This document shows, one piece after another, positions 45,575 through 54,392 of a stretch of 64,000 nt of DNA; within the stretch, counting starts at the first letter, position 1; every line of letters begins with the position of its first letter. The position numbers and the translations under genes were made by a program. The notes beneath the pieces are model-generated. The model had not been told where the DNA came from. It worked only from the letters and a program-made list of their open reading frames with translations, and did no database searches. This stretch comes from Gemmatimonadales bacterium (lineage in GTDB: Bacteria; Gemmatimonadota; Gemmatimonadetes; Gemmatimonadales; GWC2-71-9), in assembly GCA_035491815.1 (NCBI GenBank), contig DATJKA010000047.1, forward strand, positions 168,576 through 232,575, in the 5' to 3' direction.

Positions 45575-46935
45575 CCCGCCAGCTTCTGCGTGAGGTACTC
45601 GACGAGCTTGCCGGCCGCCACGCGGTCCTGCTTCAGCGTATCGCGATCGCGGACCGTGACGGTCTGGTCTTGCGTGGACTGCCCGTCGATGGTGACCCCG
45701 AACGGCGTGCCCGCCTCGTCCTGGCGGCGGTAGCGGCGACCGATCGAGCCACCGTCGTCGTAAAAGACGTTGAAGTGGCGGCGCAGGTCGTCGTGAATCT
45801 TGTGCGCAAGCTCCGGCATCCCGTCCTTGTTGACGAGCGGGAACACGGCGGCTTTGAGCGGGGCGAGTGAGGGTTTGAGTTTCAGGACGACCCGCACGTC
45901 CCCCCCTTCCCCCGCCTCTTCGCCCTTCACCTCTTCCTCTTTATAGGCATCACACAGCACAACCAGCGTCGTGCGGTCGGCGCCGGCCGACGTCTCGACG
46001 ACATAGGGGATGAATCGCTCGTTCGTCTTCGTATCGAGGTACTCGAGCTTCTTGCCGGCGTGCTTCTGATGGTTCGACAGGTCGAAGTCGGTCCGGTTGT
46101 GAATTCCCTCGAACTCGTTCCAACCGAACGGGAACTCGTACTGAATGTCGTAGGCATCCTTGGCGTAGTGCGCGAGCTCGTCCTTGCCGTGCTGATGCCA
46201 GCGCAGCTTCTCCTCGCGAATCCCGAGCCCCTTGACCCAGTTCATGCGCTCGGTGCGCCAGAACTCGAACCACTCGTTCTCCGTGCCCGGCTTCACGAAG
46301 AACTGCATTTCCATCTGCTCGAACTCGCGCGTGCGGAAGATGAAGTTGCCGGGCGTGATCTCGTTGCGGAACGCCTTGCCGACCTGCGCGATGCCGAACG
46401 GAATTTTCTGCCGCGAGGACTGCAGCACGTTCAAGTAGTTGACGTAAATCCCCTGCGCCGTCTCGGGCCGCATGTAGATCACGGCCGCCTGCTCCTCGAC
46501 CGGTCCCATGAACGTCTTGAACATGAGGTTGAATTGCCGCGGCGCGGTCAGCGTCCCTTTTGTGCCGCACACAGGACACTGCGCATCCGGCTGGCCCGGC
46601 GTGCCCTTGATCTTCGGATCGTCGGCGCGGAAGCGATTCTTGCATTGCTTGCAGTCGACGAGCGGATCGGTGAAGCCGGAGACGTGGCCCGACGCCTCCC
46701 AAACTTTCGGATGCATCAGGATGGCGGCATCCAAGCCCTCGATGTCGTGCCGCTCGTGCACCATCGAGCGCCACCAGCGCTCCTTGATGTTCTTCTTGAG
46801 CTCGACGCCGAGCGGGCCGTAGTCCCACACGGAGCCGAGCCCGCCATAGATCTCAGAGGATTGGAACACGAAGCCGCGCCGCTTGGCCAGCGACACGAGC
46901 TTGTCCATCGTCTTGTCTGTCGTTACCGAGGGCAT
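45571..46935 (-). CDS. glyQS: glycine--tRNA ligase (dimeric class II type)
   Basis: The start is taken at M35 of the track ORF ([32 protein letters not shown]...), 13 nt after the glxK stop. Class II motifs are present throughout. Confidence 0.9.
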   Translation of the reverse strand: MPSVTTDKTMDKLVSLAKRRGFVFQSSEIYGGLGSVWDYGPLGVELKKNIKERWWRSMVHERHDIEGLDAAILMHPKVWEASGHVSGFTDPLVDCKQCKNRFRADDPKIKGTPGQPDAQCPVCGTKGTLTAPRQFNLMFKTFMGPVEEQAAVIYMRPETAQGIYVNYLNVLQSSRQKIPFGIAQVGKAFRNEITPGNFIFRTREFEQMEMQFFVKPGTENEWFEFWRTERMNWVKGLGIREEKLRWHQHGKDELAHYAKDAYDIQYEFPFGWNEFEGIHNRTDFDLSNHQKHAGKKLEYLDTKTNERFIPYVVETSAGADRTTLVVLCDAYKEEEVKGEEAGEGGDVRVVLKLKPSLAPLKAAVFPLVNKDGMPELAHKIHDDLRRHFNVFYDDGGSIGRRYRRQDEAGTPFGVTIDGQSTQDQTVTVRDRDTLKQDRVAAGKLVEYLTQKLAG

Positions 46936-46948
46936 AAGGAGCCGGAAG

Positions 46949-48031
46949 TTATCGAGCCAACGCCTCCCGCGCGACCTGCTCGGCCATCCGGGAGAGCGCG
47001 GCAGCGTCCAGAAGTCGGTCTCCGGCACCATCGCCACTCACGGAATGGACGCCGACGAGCCCGTCCACACGCGCGGCCACCACCGCGACCTTCTTCTTTG
47101 CAGCTTGCGCCCGTCGCACCACTTCGCCGGGGGCCTTTCCAACGAGCGACGTCCCGTCGAACACGCCTTCCCCCGTGATGACGAGGTCGGCCTTGGCTAG
47201 GGCGGCATCGAATCCCGCGCGCCCCAGCACCCAATCCGCCCCGCCCGTCAGCTCGGCCTTCGCAAAGAATACCAGCCCGGCGCCGAGTCCCCCGGCGGCG
47301 CCTCCCCGCGGCATTGTCGCGAGCTCGGGCCTGCCGGCCGCCGCCCACAGCTCAGCCAGTTTCGCGAGTCCCGCACCGAGCTGCGGAATCTCGTCCGGCC
47401 GCGCGCCCTTCTGCGGCCCAAAGATCGGCGCCGCGCCTTCCGGGCCGAGCAGCGGTGTGGCGACGTCCGCCAACGCGACGACGCGGGCGGCGAGACCCCA
47501 GCCCGGACCAAACGACGCGAGATCGGTGAGCGAGCCGCCACCCTCGGGCAGGGGTGCTCCGGCCGCGTTCTCGAACGTCCAGCCGAGGCCGCGCGCCGCA
47601 CCCGTCCCGCCATCGACCGTAGCGGTGCCGCCAAGGCCGACGACGATCGTCTTGGCGCCGCGATCGGCTGCGGTCCAGATGAGCTCGCCGACGCCGCGGG
47701 TGGTGGTGCGCATCGGATCGCGGTCCTCAGGCTCGACGAGCGCCAGGCCGCACGCGGAGGCGCTTTCGATGATCGCCGTTTCGCCGTCGATCCATCCGAT
47801 TTCTCCCGAGACCGAATCGCCGATCGGCCCGGTGACCTGGACGCGCTCGCGCAGCGCGCCGGCCGGCAGTACGACGTCGAGCAGGCCGTTGCCGCCGTCG
47901 GCGACCGGGCACTCGAGCACCACCGCGCCCGCGACGGCACGGCGCACGCCGGCGGCGATCGCTTCGGTCACCTGCCGGGGACCGAGCGTTCCTTTGAATG
48001 CGGCTGGGGCAACGAGGATGACGGGAGGCAT
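46949..48031 (-). CDS. glxK: glycerate kinase
   Basis: The start is taken at [16 protein letters not shown].. (48031). ...PVADGGNG..., ...[15 protein letters not shown]..., ...FGPQKGA... and ...[11 protein letters not shown]... are present. Confidence 0.85.
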   Translation of the reverse strand: MPPVILVAPAAFKGTLGPRQVTEAIAAGVRRAVAGAVVLECPVADGGNGLLDVVLPAGALRERVQVTGPIGDSVSGEIGWIDGETAIIESASACGLALVEPEDRDPMRTTTRGVGELIWTAADRGAKTIVVGLGGTATVDGGTGAARGLGWTFENAAGAPLPEGGGSLTDLASFGPGWGLAARVVALADVATPLLGPEGAAPIFGPQKGARPDEIPQLGAGLAKLAELWAAAGRPELATMPRGGAAGGLGAGLVFFAKAELTGGADWVLGRAGFDAALAKADLVITGEGVFDGTSLVGKAPGEVVRRAQAAKKKVAVVAARVDGLVGVHSVSGDGAGDRLLDAAALSRMAEQVAREALAR

Positions 48032-48044
48032 GGGATAAAATATC

Positions 48045-48078
48045 GGAAACGAGAAACCCCTTGGGTTTCCCCAAGGGG
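48045..48078 (-). terminator. intrinsic-terminator-like hairpin (probable riboswitch expression platform)
   Basis: Minus-strand RNA reads CCCCUUGGG-GAAA-CCCAAGGGG followed by UUUCUCGUUUCC. It ends 13 nt before the glxK ATG. Confidence 0.6.
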
Positions 48079-48162
48079 TGATCGCCTGCCGCACACCGTG
48101 CGCCCTAGAACCCGATGTGAGCGAAGCGAACTCCTTCTCGCAAATCGGGCGGCGCAGCGTCG

Positions 48163-48243
48163 CTCTGGCAGCCGGGCTATCTCGTTGCCGAGACCCCTTG
48201 GCTTTGCGCCCCGCCGTCGCCGGCGGTTTGCCCTGTTGCAGAG
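48163..48243 (-). promoter_or_regulatory. candidate c-di-GMP-I (GEMM-I) riboswitch aptamer
   Basis: Minus strand reads CUCUGCAAC AGGGCAAACC GCCG[GCGA]CGGC GGGGCGCAAAGCC AAGGGGUCUCG[GCAA]CGAGAU AGCCCGGCUGCC AGAG. This matches the GEMM-I core as recalled from Vc2 (..CAGGGCAAACC-hairpin/GNRA-GGGACGCAAAGCC-hairpin-AGCGGGGUUACC..). Confidence 0.7.
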
Positions 48244-48378
48244 ATTCTGTATGAAGGAATCAGCAAGAAGAGTGCCCATCGTGTATCTCGTGTCACAACA
48301 ATCGCTCTCACTATGACCTAGGGAAATTCCTAAGCCAGTTTCTGCAACGACCGTCGCATTCTGCTAGCAGGGCAACCC

Positions 48379-49662
48379 CTACACTTCGATGATTTGATCG
48401 CGTCGCGTGCCCACGCTGACGTAGCGGACGGGCGCGCCCGCGAGATCCTGCAACCGATCGACATAGGCACGAGCCTCCGGCGGAAGATCCGCGAGTCTCC
48501 GGACGTCCGAAAGCCTTTTCTTCCAACCGGGGACCGTCTCATAGATCGGCTCCACACGTCCGATCGACTCGACATCGGCCGGCATGCTATCGACGACCTC
48601 ACCATCCAGGCGATAACCCACGCCGACCGGAATCTCGGCGAACGTGTCCAGCACGTCGAGCTTGGTGACGGCGAGTCCGGTGAGCCCGTTGACGCGCACG
48701 GCGTATCGCACGACGACGGCATCGAACCAGCCGCAGCGGCGCGGCCGTCCGGTTGTCGCGCCAAACTCGCCGCCGAGCTCGCGGATGCGCTCCGCGACTG
48801 CCGGCTCCGCTTCCGTCGGCAGCGGGCCATTCCCAACGCGGGTCGTGTACGCCTTCACGACGCCGATCACGGCGTCGATTGCGGTCGGCCCGATGCCGAC
48901 GCCCACCGCCGCGCCCCCCGCCGTCGTGTTGGACGACGTGACGTATGGATACGTCCCGTGATCGACGTCGAGCAAAGCGCCCTGAGCGCCCTCCAGCAGC
49001 ACCGATTCCCCGCGCTGCAGCGCTTCCCAGACCACGCGGCCCGCATCGACCGCGAGCGGTAGCAGTCGAGGGGCGAGGCGTTCGAGCAGCTGCACATGGG
49101 CTTCCGCACTTGCGCGCTCGCCGCTCCCGGCACCCAGCATGCCAAGGATCTGGTTCGCGGACTCGACGCGCGCACGCACGAGCTCCTGCGCTCGGGCAAG
49201 ATTGCGCAAATCGCCGACGCGAATACCACGGCGGCCGTACTTGTCCTCGTACGTGGGACCGATGCCCCGCCCCGTCGTGCCGATCTTCTCCCGCTTCTCG
49301 CGCGCGCGATCGAGCAGCTTGTGATACGGCAGCGTCAGATGCGCCCGGTCGGAGATATGGAGCTTCTGATCGGTCCGAATGCCGCGCTGCTCGAGCGCGT
49401 CGAGCTCGGCGAACAGCTGCTCGGGATCGAGCACGACGCCGTTGCCTACGATGCAGACGGCGCCCTGGAGGATGCCGGAGGGAATCTGATGGAGGACGAA
49501 CTCGCCGGCGCCCGTGTCGACGGTATGGCCGGCGTTGGCCCCGCCCTGGTAGCGCACCACCAGGTCGGCGCGTTCGGCCAGTACGTCGACGATTTTGCCT
49601 TTGCCCTCATCGCCCCATTGGGCGCCGACGACCACGACGCACTGCGTTTTCGGTCCGAACAC
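48379..49662 (-). CDS. purA: adenylosuccinate synthase
   Basis: 427 aa with VVVGAQWGDEGKGK and ...GTTGRGIGP.Y.DK.... The GTG start is preceded by GGGGGGA. Confidence 0.92.
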   Translation of the reverse strand: MFGPKTQCVVVVGAQWGDEGKGKIVDVLAERADLVVRYQGGANAGHTVDTGAGEFVLHQIPSGILQGAVCIVGNGVVLDPEQLFAELDALEQRGIRTDQKLHISDRAHLTLPYHKLLDRAREKREKIGTTGRGIGPTYEDKYGRRGIRVGDLRNLARAQELVRARVESANQILGMLGAGSGERASAEAHVQLLERLAPRLLPLAVDAGRVVWEALQRGESVLLEGAQGALLDVDHGTYPYVTSSNTTAGGAAVGVGIGPTAIDAVIGVVKAYTTRVGNGPLPTEAEPAVAERIRELGGEFGATTGRPRRCGWFDAVVVRYAVRVNGLTGLAVTKLDVLDTFAEIPVGVGYRLDGEVVDSMPADVESIGRVEPIYETVPGWKKRLSDVRRLADLPPEARAYVDRLQDLAGAPVRYVSVGTRRDQIIEV

Positions 49663-49674
49663 CGAGTTCCCCCC

Positions 49675-49701
49675 AAAAGAAAAGGCCCCCGCGCGGGGGC
49701 C
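49675..49701 (-). terminator. intrinsic terminator after the M28-like gene
   Basis: The perfect 18-nt palindrome GGCCCCCGCGCGGGGGCC (49684-49701) gives a 7-bp stem and 4-nt loop, followed on the minus strand by UUUUCUUUU. Confidence 0.75.
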
Positions 49702-49722
49702 TAGAGTATCCTCTGTCAGAAG

Positions 49723-50598
49723 CTAGGGCGTTCGCAGGACGCGCGCCAGCCCGGCCGCGACGCTCGCCGCGCCGTCCAAGCGCAGCCGCCGGGCCGTATC
49801 CGCGGGGCGATGGACCACCAGCATCGTATGCCAGCCGCCCTTCATAATCGTCACGCACTCTCGGCTGGCCGGCGCAAGCGCGATGCCGTCCACGATCACC
49901 GGCAGCCAGCGCCATGTGCTCGCGCCCACGGCATTCGCGACGACTCGGACCGCGCTTCCCGGCCGGTGCAGAAACGCCGTCACTCCGCCGCTGTCATCGA
50001 TGCCATCGAGGTTGACGACGCTCGCGCCGGCAAAGAGCTGGGCGCGCTCCACCGCCAGGGCCCGCGCGCCCACCAGACCGTACTCTTCCGCGTCGGGGAA
50101 GATTACGCCTACACCTGCATCGGACGGCAGCTGATCGAGCGTCATGAAGATCGTCACGAGCGCGCTGGCATTGTCGAGCGCACCGGGGGAATTGTCGGTG
50201 ACGCGATTGAACAGCGCGATAGCGACACCCAGCGCCAGCAGCACGGCGCCCAGCAGCGGCACCAGCAGTACGGTGGGCAGCCCCGCGACGAGTGCCCCGA
50301 AGCCCACGAGCCGCAATGCCATCGAGATCGGCTGACCCTTGGAGTCATAGTGCGCGACGAGCCAGACGGGCGGATGGGCGGACGGGCGGACGGGCGGTGC
50401 GATGAGATTCACACCGCGAACGATCGCGGGAGATCCGAAGAAGGCGCGCGACGGCCTTCCCGAAAACGCGTGCTCTTCAATCTCGAAGCCGCGCGCCGAG
50501 AGCTCGCGCTTCAACACCTCACGAACCTTCTGGTGATTGGGAGTCCCGACGAGCCGCGGCACCGCGAGCTCGCGGAACAGCTCGCCGTAGTCAGTCAC
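49723..50598 (-). CDS. M28-family metallopeptidase-like protein with internal hydrophobic insertion
   Basis: 291 aa. ..AHYDS.. and ..SPGALDNASA.. / ..FPDAEEYGLVGAR.. are separated by an insert of about 45 aa (MALRLVGFGALVAGLPTVLLVPLLGAVLLALGVAIALF). Confidence 0.6.
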   Translation of the reverse strand: MTDYGELFRELAVPRLVGTPNHQKVREVLKRELSARGFEIEEHAFSGRPSRAFFGSPAIVRGVNLIAPPVRPSAHPPVWLVAHYDSKGQPISMALRLVGFGALVAGLPTVLLVPLLGAVLLALGVAIALFNRVTDNSPGALDNASALVTIFMTLDQLPSDAGVGVIFPDAEEYGLVGARALAVERAQLFAGASVVNLDGIDDSGGVTAFLHRPGSAVRVVANAVGASTWRWLPVIVDGIALAPASRECVTIMKGGWHTMLVVHRPADTARRLRLDGAASVAAGLARVLRTP

Positions 50599-51481
50599 CG
50601 CGGACGAGCGCGCTGACGCGCTCGCGATCGGCCGGCGCCAGCGGCGGAAGCGGCGGGCGCGGCGGGCCGCCGTACATGCCGACCGCGTCCATCGCCGCCT
50701 TCACGCCGGCCGGGCCGAGCTTGCCGACGATCTCCTTGTCGAGCGGCGACACGCGTTCTTGCATCTGACCGGCCGCGGCACGATGGCCCTGCTCGAACTC
50801 ACGCAGCAGCTGCACGCACAGCTTCGGGGCGAAGCAGGCCACGCCGATCACGCCGCCCTGGCAGCCGAGCTCGAGCGCGCTCAACAGCAGTGACGCCGAG
50901 CCGACGAGCACCGTCCACTGCGGGACGGCCTCGCGGTAGGCCGCGAGATTCTTGGGATCGCCCGATGAATCCTTGACGCCGATGATCCGCTCGTGCGACG
51001 TGAGCTGTTGCAGAAACGCCGGCTCGAGCGACACGCGCGTGTACTTCGGGATGTTGTAAATCAGTACCGGCACCGGACTCGCGTCCGCGACTGCGCGAAA
51101 ATGCACTGCCAGCGATTCCGGCGTCATCGCCGCCGCAAAGTAGGCGGGAGGACGCACCAGCACGGCATCGGCGCCCTCAACTGCGGCGATCTGGCACAGA
51201 GTGATCGTCTGCCGGGTGGACTCGGCGCCCGTCCCCGCGATGAGCCACTTCCCATCGCTGAGCGTCTCGCGCGCGGCGACGAGTAACCGCCGATGCTCAT
51301 CCGCATCCAGCGCCGGGCCTTCACCCGTAGAGCCGGCGACGACGATGCCGTCGATGCCCTCCCGCAGCAACCGCTCGATGTTCTCCTGCAGAGGCGTGGG
51401 CGCCACATCGCCCGTGGCGGCATCGAACGGCGTGGGAATCGGCGGGAAAATACCTGCGGGGGCTTTGGCCCGCTCGCTCAT
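50591..51481 (-). CDS. dihydrodipicolinate synthase (DapA/NAL) family lyase
   Basis: 296 aa with ...GIVVAGSTGEGPALD... and ...YNIP..... Confidence 0.8.
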   Translation of the reverse strand: MSERAKAPAGIFPPIPTPFDAATGDVAPTPLQENIERLLREGIDGIVVAGSTGEGPALDADEHRRLLVAARETLSDGKWLIAGTGAESTRQTITLCQIAAVEGADAVLVRPPAYFAAAMTPESLAVHFRAVADASPVPVLIYNIPKYTRVSLEPAFLQQLTSHERIIGVKDSSGDPKNLAAYREAVPQWTVLVGSASLLLSALELGCQGGVIGVACFAPKLCVQLLREFEQGHRAAAGQMQERVSPLDKEIVGKLGPAGVKAAMDAVGMYGGPPRPPLPPLAPADRERVSALVRGD

Positions 51482-52671
51482 TGGGGCAGCATGCTCGAGA
51501 GATCGTCCGTGAATCCGGCCGGCTTGTCCACCGCGGGGGCGGGGGCGGGGGCGGGGGCGGGGGCGGGGGCGGGGGCGGGCTCGGCTGACGTCGCAACGCG
51601 CGAGCGCCGGCGCAACGTGCGCAGCTGCAGCTGGAAGTCGGACGGATTAGACGACGCGGCAAGCGCGGTCTCGTACGTGACGACGTCTTCCGACACGAGA
51701 TCCATCAGGTGCTGGTCGAATGTCTGCATGCCGTACTGCTCGCGCGATTCCTTGATGTAGTCGTGCAGCGACGGCGTGCGGTCCTTGTCACGGATCATGT
51801 CGCGCGCCGTGCCGGTCGCGAGCAGCACTTCCAGGGCGGCGGCGCGCCCGCGGCCGTCCGCACGCGGCAGCAGCCGCTGCGACACGACCGCGTGTAGCGC
51901 TTCGCTGAGTCTCAATCGCGCGATCTCCTGCTCCTCGGGCGGGAACATCGAAACAATGCGGCTGACCGTCGTCACCGCATCAGGCGTGTGCAGCGTCGAG
52001 ACCAGGAGGTGCCCCGTCTCGGCCGCCTTCATCGCAGTGTCGATCGTCTCCGAATCGCGCATCTCACCGATCAGGATCACGTCCGGGTCCTGTCGCAGCG
52101 CCGCCCGCAGGCCGGTCCGGAAATCGTCCGTATCCACGCCGATCTCGCGCTGCGTCACCGAACAGTTGATGTCGCGATGCAGGAACTCGATCGGGTTCTC
52201 GAGCGTGAGGACGTGGCGGTGCTGGTTCTGATTGATGTGGTTGATGATCGCCGCCATCGTCGAGCTCTTGCCCGAGCCCGTCACGCCCGTGACGAGGATC
52301 ATACCCCGCTCGGCGCTTGCGACCTGGCCGAGGACCGCCGGCAGCTTCAGCGACTCGAACGTGGGGACGTCAAAGGGGATCACCCGCATGACGATCATGA
52401 ACGACGAGCGCTGGCGGAGAATGCTCACGCGGAATCGGCCGATGCCCGGCATGCCCCAGGAGCAGTCGTAATCGCGCAGCTTGTCGATGCGCGCGCGATC
52501 TTCCTCGTTGTTGATGAGGCGCAGCGCGATCGCCTTGGTTTGCTCGGGCGTCAGACGCTGCTTGGTCAGGGGGACCAGCCGGCCGTCGATGCGCGCCCGG
52601 AAGACGTCGCCCGCCTTGATGTGCAGGTCCGACGCCCCGCGGTCCACCGCAGCCTTGATGATCTTTTCCAT
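51478..52671 (-). CDS. pilT: type IV pilus retraction ATPase PilT with C-terminal (Pro-Ala)n extension
   Basis: 397 aa with Walker A GVTGSGKSST and ...GEMRD.ETI..A..AAETGHLV.STLHT.... There is an extra tail of about 50 aa, ...EPAPAPAPAPAPAPAPAVDKPAGF.... Confidence 0.85.
   Translation of the reverse strand: MEKIIKAAVDRGASDLHIKAGDVFRARIDGRLVPLTKQRLTPEQTKAIALRLINNEEDRARIDKLRDYDCSWGMPGIGRFRVSILRQRSSFMIVMRVIPFDVPTFESLKLPAVLGQVASAERGMILVTGVTGSGKSSTMAAIINHINQNQHRHVLTLENPIEFLHRDINCSVTQREIGVDTDDFRTGLRAALRQDPDVILIGEMRDSETIDTAMKAAETGHLLVSTLHTPDAVTTVSRIVSMFPPEEQEIARLRLSEALHAVVSQRLLPRADGRGRAAALEVLLATGTARDMIRDKDRTPSLHDYIKESREQYGMQTFDQHLMDLVSEDVVTYETALAASSNPSDFQLQLRTLRRRSRVATSAEPAPAPAPAPAPAPAPAVDKPAGFTDDLSSMLPQ
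51535..51576. repeat. perfect hexanucleotide tandem repeat (GGGGGC)x7
   Basis: Seven uninterrupted copies read directly from the sequence. They encode the (AP)n tract of the PilT tail on the minus strand. Confidence 0.95.
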
Positions 52672-53703
52672 TCAGTACCCGGCTTCCAGATCAACCACGT
52701 TCGTGAGGGGCGCCCCTGCAAGATAGCGCTGGATGTTGTCCACGATGAGGGCCGTCTCTCGCTCCCAGAATCCCGTGGTGACCCCGCTCACGTGCGGGCT
52801 CACGAGCACGCGCGGCTGATGCCAAAAGGGGTGACCGGCCGGCAGCGGCTCCTCGCCAAAGACGTCGAGCGCCGCGCCGGTCAACCGCCCCCGCTCCAGC
52901 AGCTCGAGCAGCGCCTTTTCGTCGAGCAACGATCCCCGGGACACGTTCACCACGATCGCGCGATGCGGCAATCGCTCGAGCACGCGCTGGTCAACGGCGC
53001 CGATGGTTTCCCGCGTGTGCGGTGCGGCAATCACGAGCACATCGCTCCCACCCGCCAGTCGCGGCAAATCGCTCAACCTGCCGACCCACTCCATGCCCTT
53101 GGGCCCGCCGCGCTCGGGGCGTCGACGGACTCCAGCGACCTTCATGCCGAGCGCCAACCCGCGTCGCGCCACCGCGCTGCCGATACCGCCGAGCCCGAAG
53201 ACGCCGAGCCGGAGCTCGCGAAACTCACGCATCGCGATGGCGCCGTCGGTGAAGTCCTCCTTGGCCCACCGGGCCTGTCGCTGCGCCGAAACCATGCGGT
53301 ACAGGCCGCGGACGAAAAACGCGATCGCCGCAATCACCCAATCCGCGATCGGCTCGGCATGAACGCCCGCCGAGTTGGTCAGCATGACACCGCTACCCGC
53401 GAGCGATGCAAGACTCGACGCCACGCCGGCGCTCGCGCTGTGTGCCCAGCGCAGCGACGACTTCGCGGCGGCGATGATGCCGGACGGGAGACCCCAGCCG
53501 AAATAGATCTCGGCCCCCTGCGCGGCGGAAACGGCCTCCGGGGAACCGGATCCGCCGTCGCCGTCCGAGACGGCCGGCGCCTTTACTTCTTTGACCTCCC
53601 AAGTGTCGCCCAGGGCTTTGGCGATCTCAGCGACGCGCGCCGGCGGGATGCGCCACGCGGCACGCGGTGAGGAAAGATCGATGACGAGCCGGCGACTGCT
53701 CAC
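52672..53703 (-). CDS. D-isomer-specific 2-hydroxyacid dehydrogenase family protein
   Basis: 343 aa with NAD fold LGVFGLGGIGSAVARRGLALGMKV and ...LDVF..EPL.... Confidence 0.8.
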   Translation of the reverse strand: MSSRRLVIDLSSPRAAWRIPPARVAEIAKALGDTWEVKEVKAPAVSDGDGGSGSPEAVSAAQGAEIYFGWGLPSGIIAAAKSSLRWAHSASAGVASSLASLAGSGVMLTNSAGVHAEPIADWVIAAIAFFVRGLYRMVSAQRQARWAKEDFTDGAIAMREFRELRLGVFGLGGIGSAVARRGLALGMKVAGVRRRPERGGPKGMEWVGRLSDLPRLAGGSDVLVIAAPHTRETIGAVDQRVLERLPHRAIVVNVSRGSLLDEKALLELLERGRLTGAALDVFGEEPLPAGHPFWHQPRVLVSPHVSGVTTGFWERETALIVDNIQRYLAGAPLTNVVDLEAGY

Positions 53704-54392
53704 TCGCCGGTCGAAACGGTGCGGACATGGTCGTGATGGAGCAGCGTGACCACGGCCTGATCGTACAGCCGCTTGGACCCGCGCAGCTCGAAGTCGATGA
53801 CGATGTCGACGTTCTCGGTCCGGTTCGAGACCGCGACGACATCGAGTCCCGAGCGACGCACCAGCGTCTCCAAGTCCTCGACGACCGTCGGACCCGGACG
53901 CGCGTGCACGGTGATCGTCGAGCGCATCGAATGGCTCTGGAGCACTTTCTCGACGCGCCCCAGACCGGCGAGGACGACGACCACCGCCAGCGTCGTGCCC
54001 ACCCCCTCGAGGTAGTAGCCCGAGCCGAGCGCGATCCCGATCGCCGCGACAACCCAGATCGTCGCCGCACTCGTGAGTCCGACGACCGCGCCGCGGGCGT
54101 GGAGAATCGTGCCGGCGCCGATGAAGCCGACACCCGTGACGATCTGCGCGGCTACGCGGGTCGTATCGGTGCCCGGCGGGATCGCTCCGCCACCGGCGCT
54201 CAGCATGGCGATCGACAAGTGTGTGTACAGCACCGACCCGACACAGATCAGGATGTTGGTTCGCAGTCCCGCGGGCTTGCCGCCCATCTCGCGCTCCAGG
54301 CCGATCGCACCGCCCAGCAGCGTCGCGAGACCGATCTGCAACATGAGGTCGAGCCGGAAGATCTCCACCATGCGACCGAACACGTCACTCAT
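53700..54392 (-). CDS. mgtC: MgtC/SapB family membrane protein
   Basis: 230 aa with ...GLEREMGGKPAGLRT... and a C-terminal ACT-like domain. Confidence 0.8.
   Translation of the reverse strand: MSDVFGRMVEIFRLDLMLQIGLATLLGGAIGLEREMGGKPAGLRTNILICVGSVLYTHLSIAMLSAGGGAIPPGTDTTRVAAQIVTGVGFIGAGTILHARGAVVGLTSAATIWVVAAIGIALGSGYYLEGVGTTLAVVVVLAGLGRVEKVLQSHSMRSTITVHARPGPTVVEDLETLVRRSGLDVVAVSNRTENVDIVIDFELRGSKRLYDQAVVTLLHHDHVRTVSTGE

Noticed and set aside
48195-48245. Similarity of minus-strand UGCAACAGGGCAAACCGCC to the RNase P RNA J11/12-P12 region (E. coli ..GUGCAACAGAGAGCAAACCGCC..), in a spacer of roughly RNase P size.
   Set aside because: None of the universal RNase P elements is present anywhere in the spacer (P4 GAGGAAAGUCCGGGC, GGUAAGGGUGAAA, ACAGAACCCGGCUUA). 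The match is fully explained by the GEMM-I GGCAAACC box.
48032-48378. Possible T-box leader, because glyQS lies downstream.
   Set aside because: There is no T-box sequence (..GGUGGUACCGCG..), no specifier-loop architecture and no AGAGA/GNUGGA boxes. glxK also lies between the spacer and glyQS.
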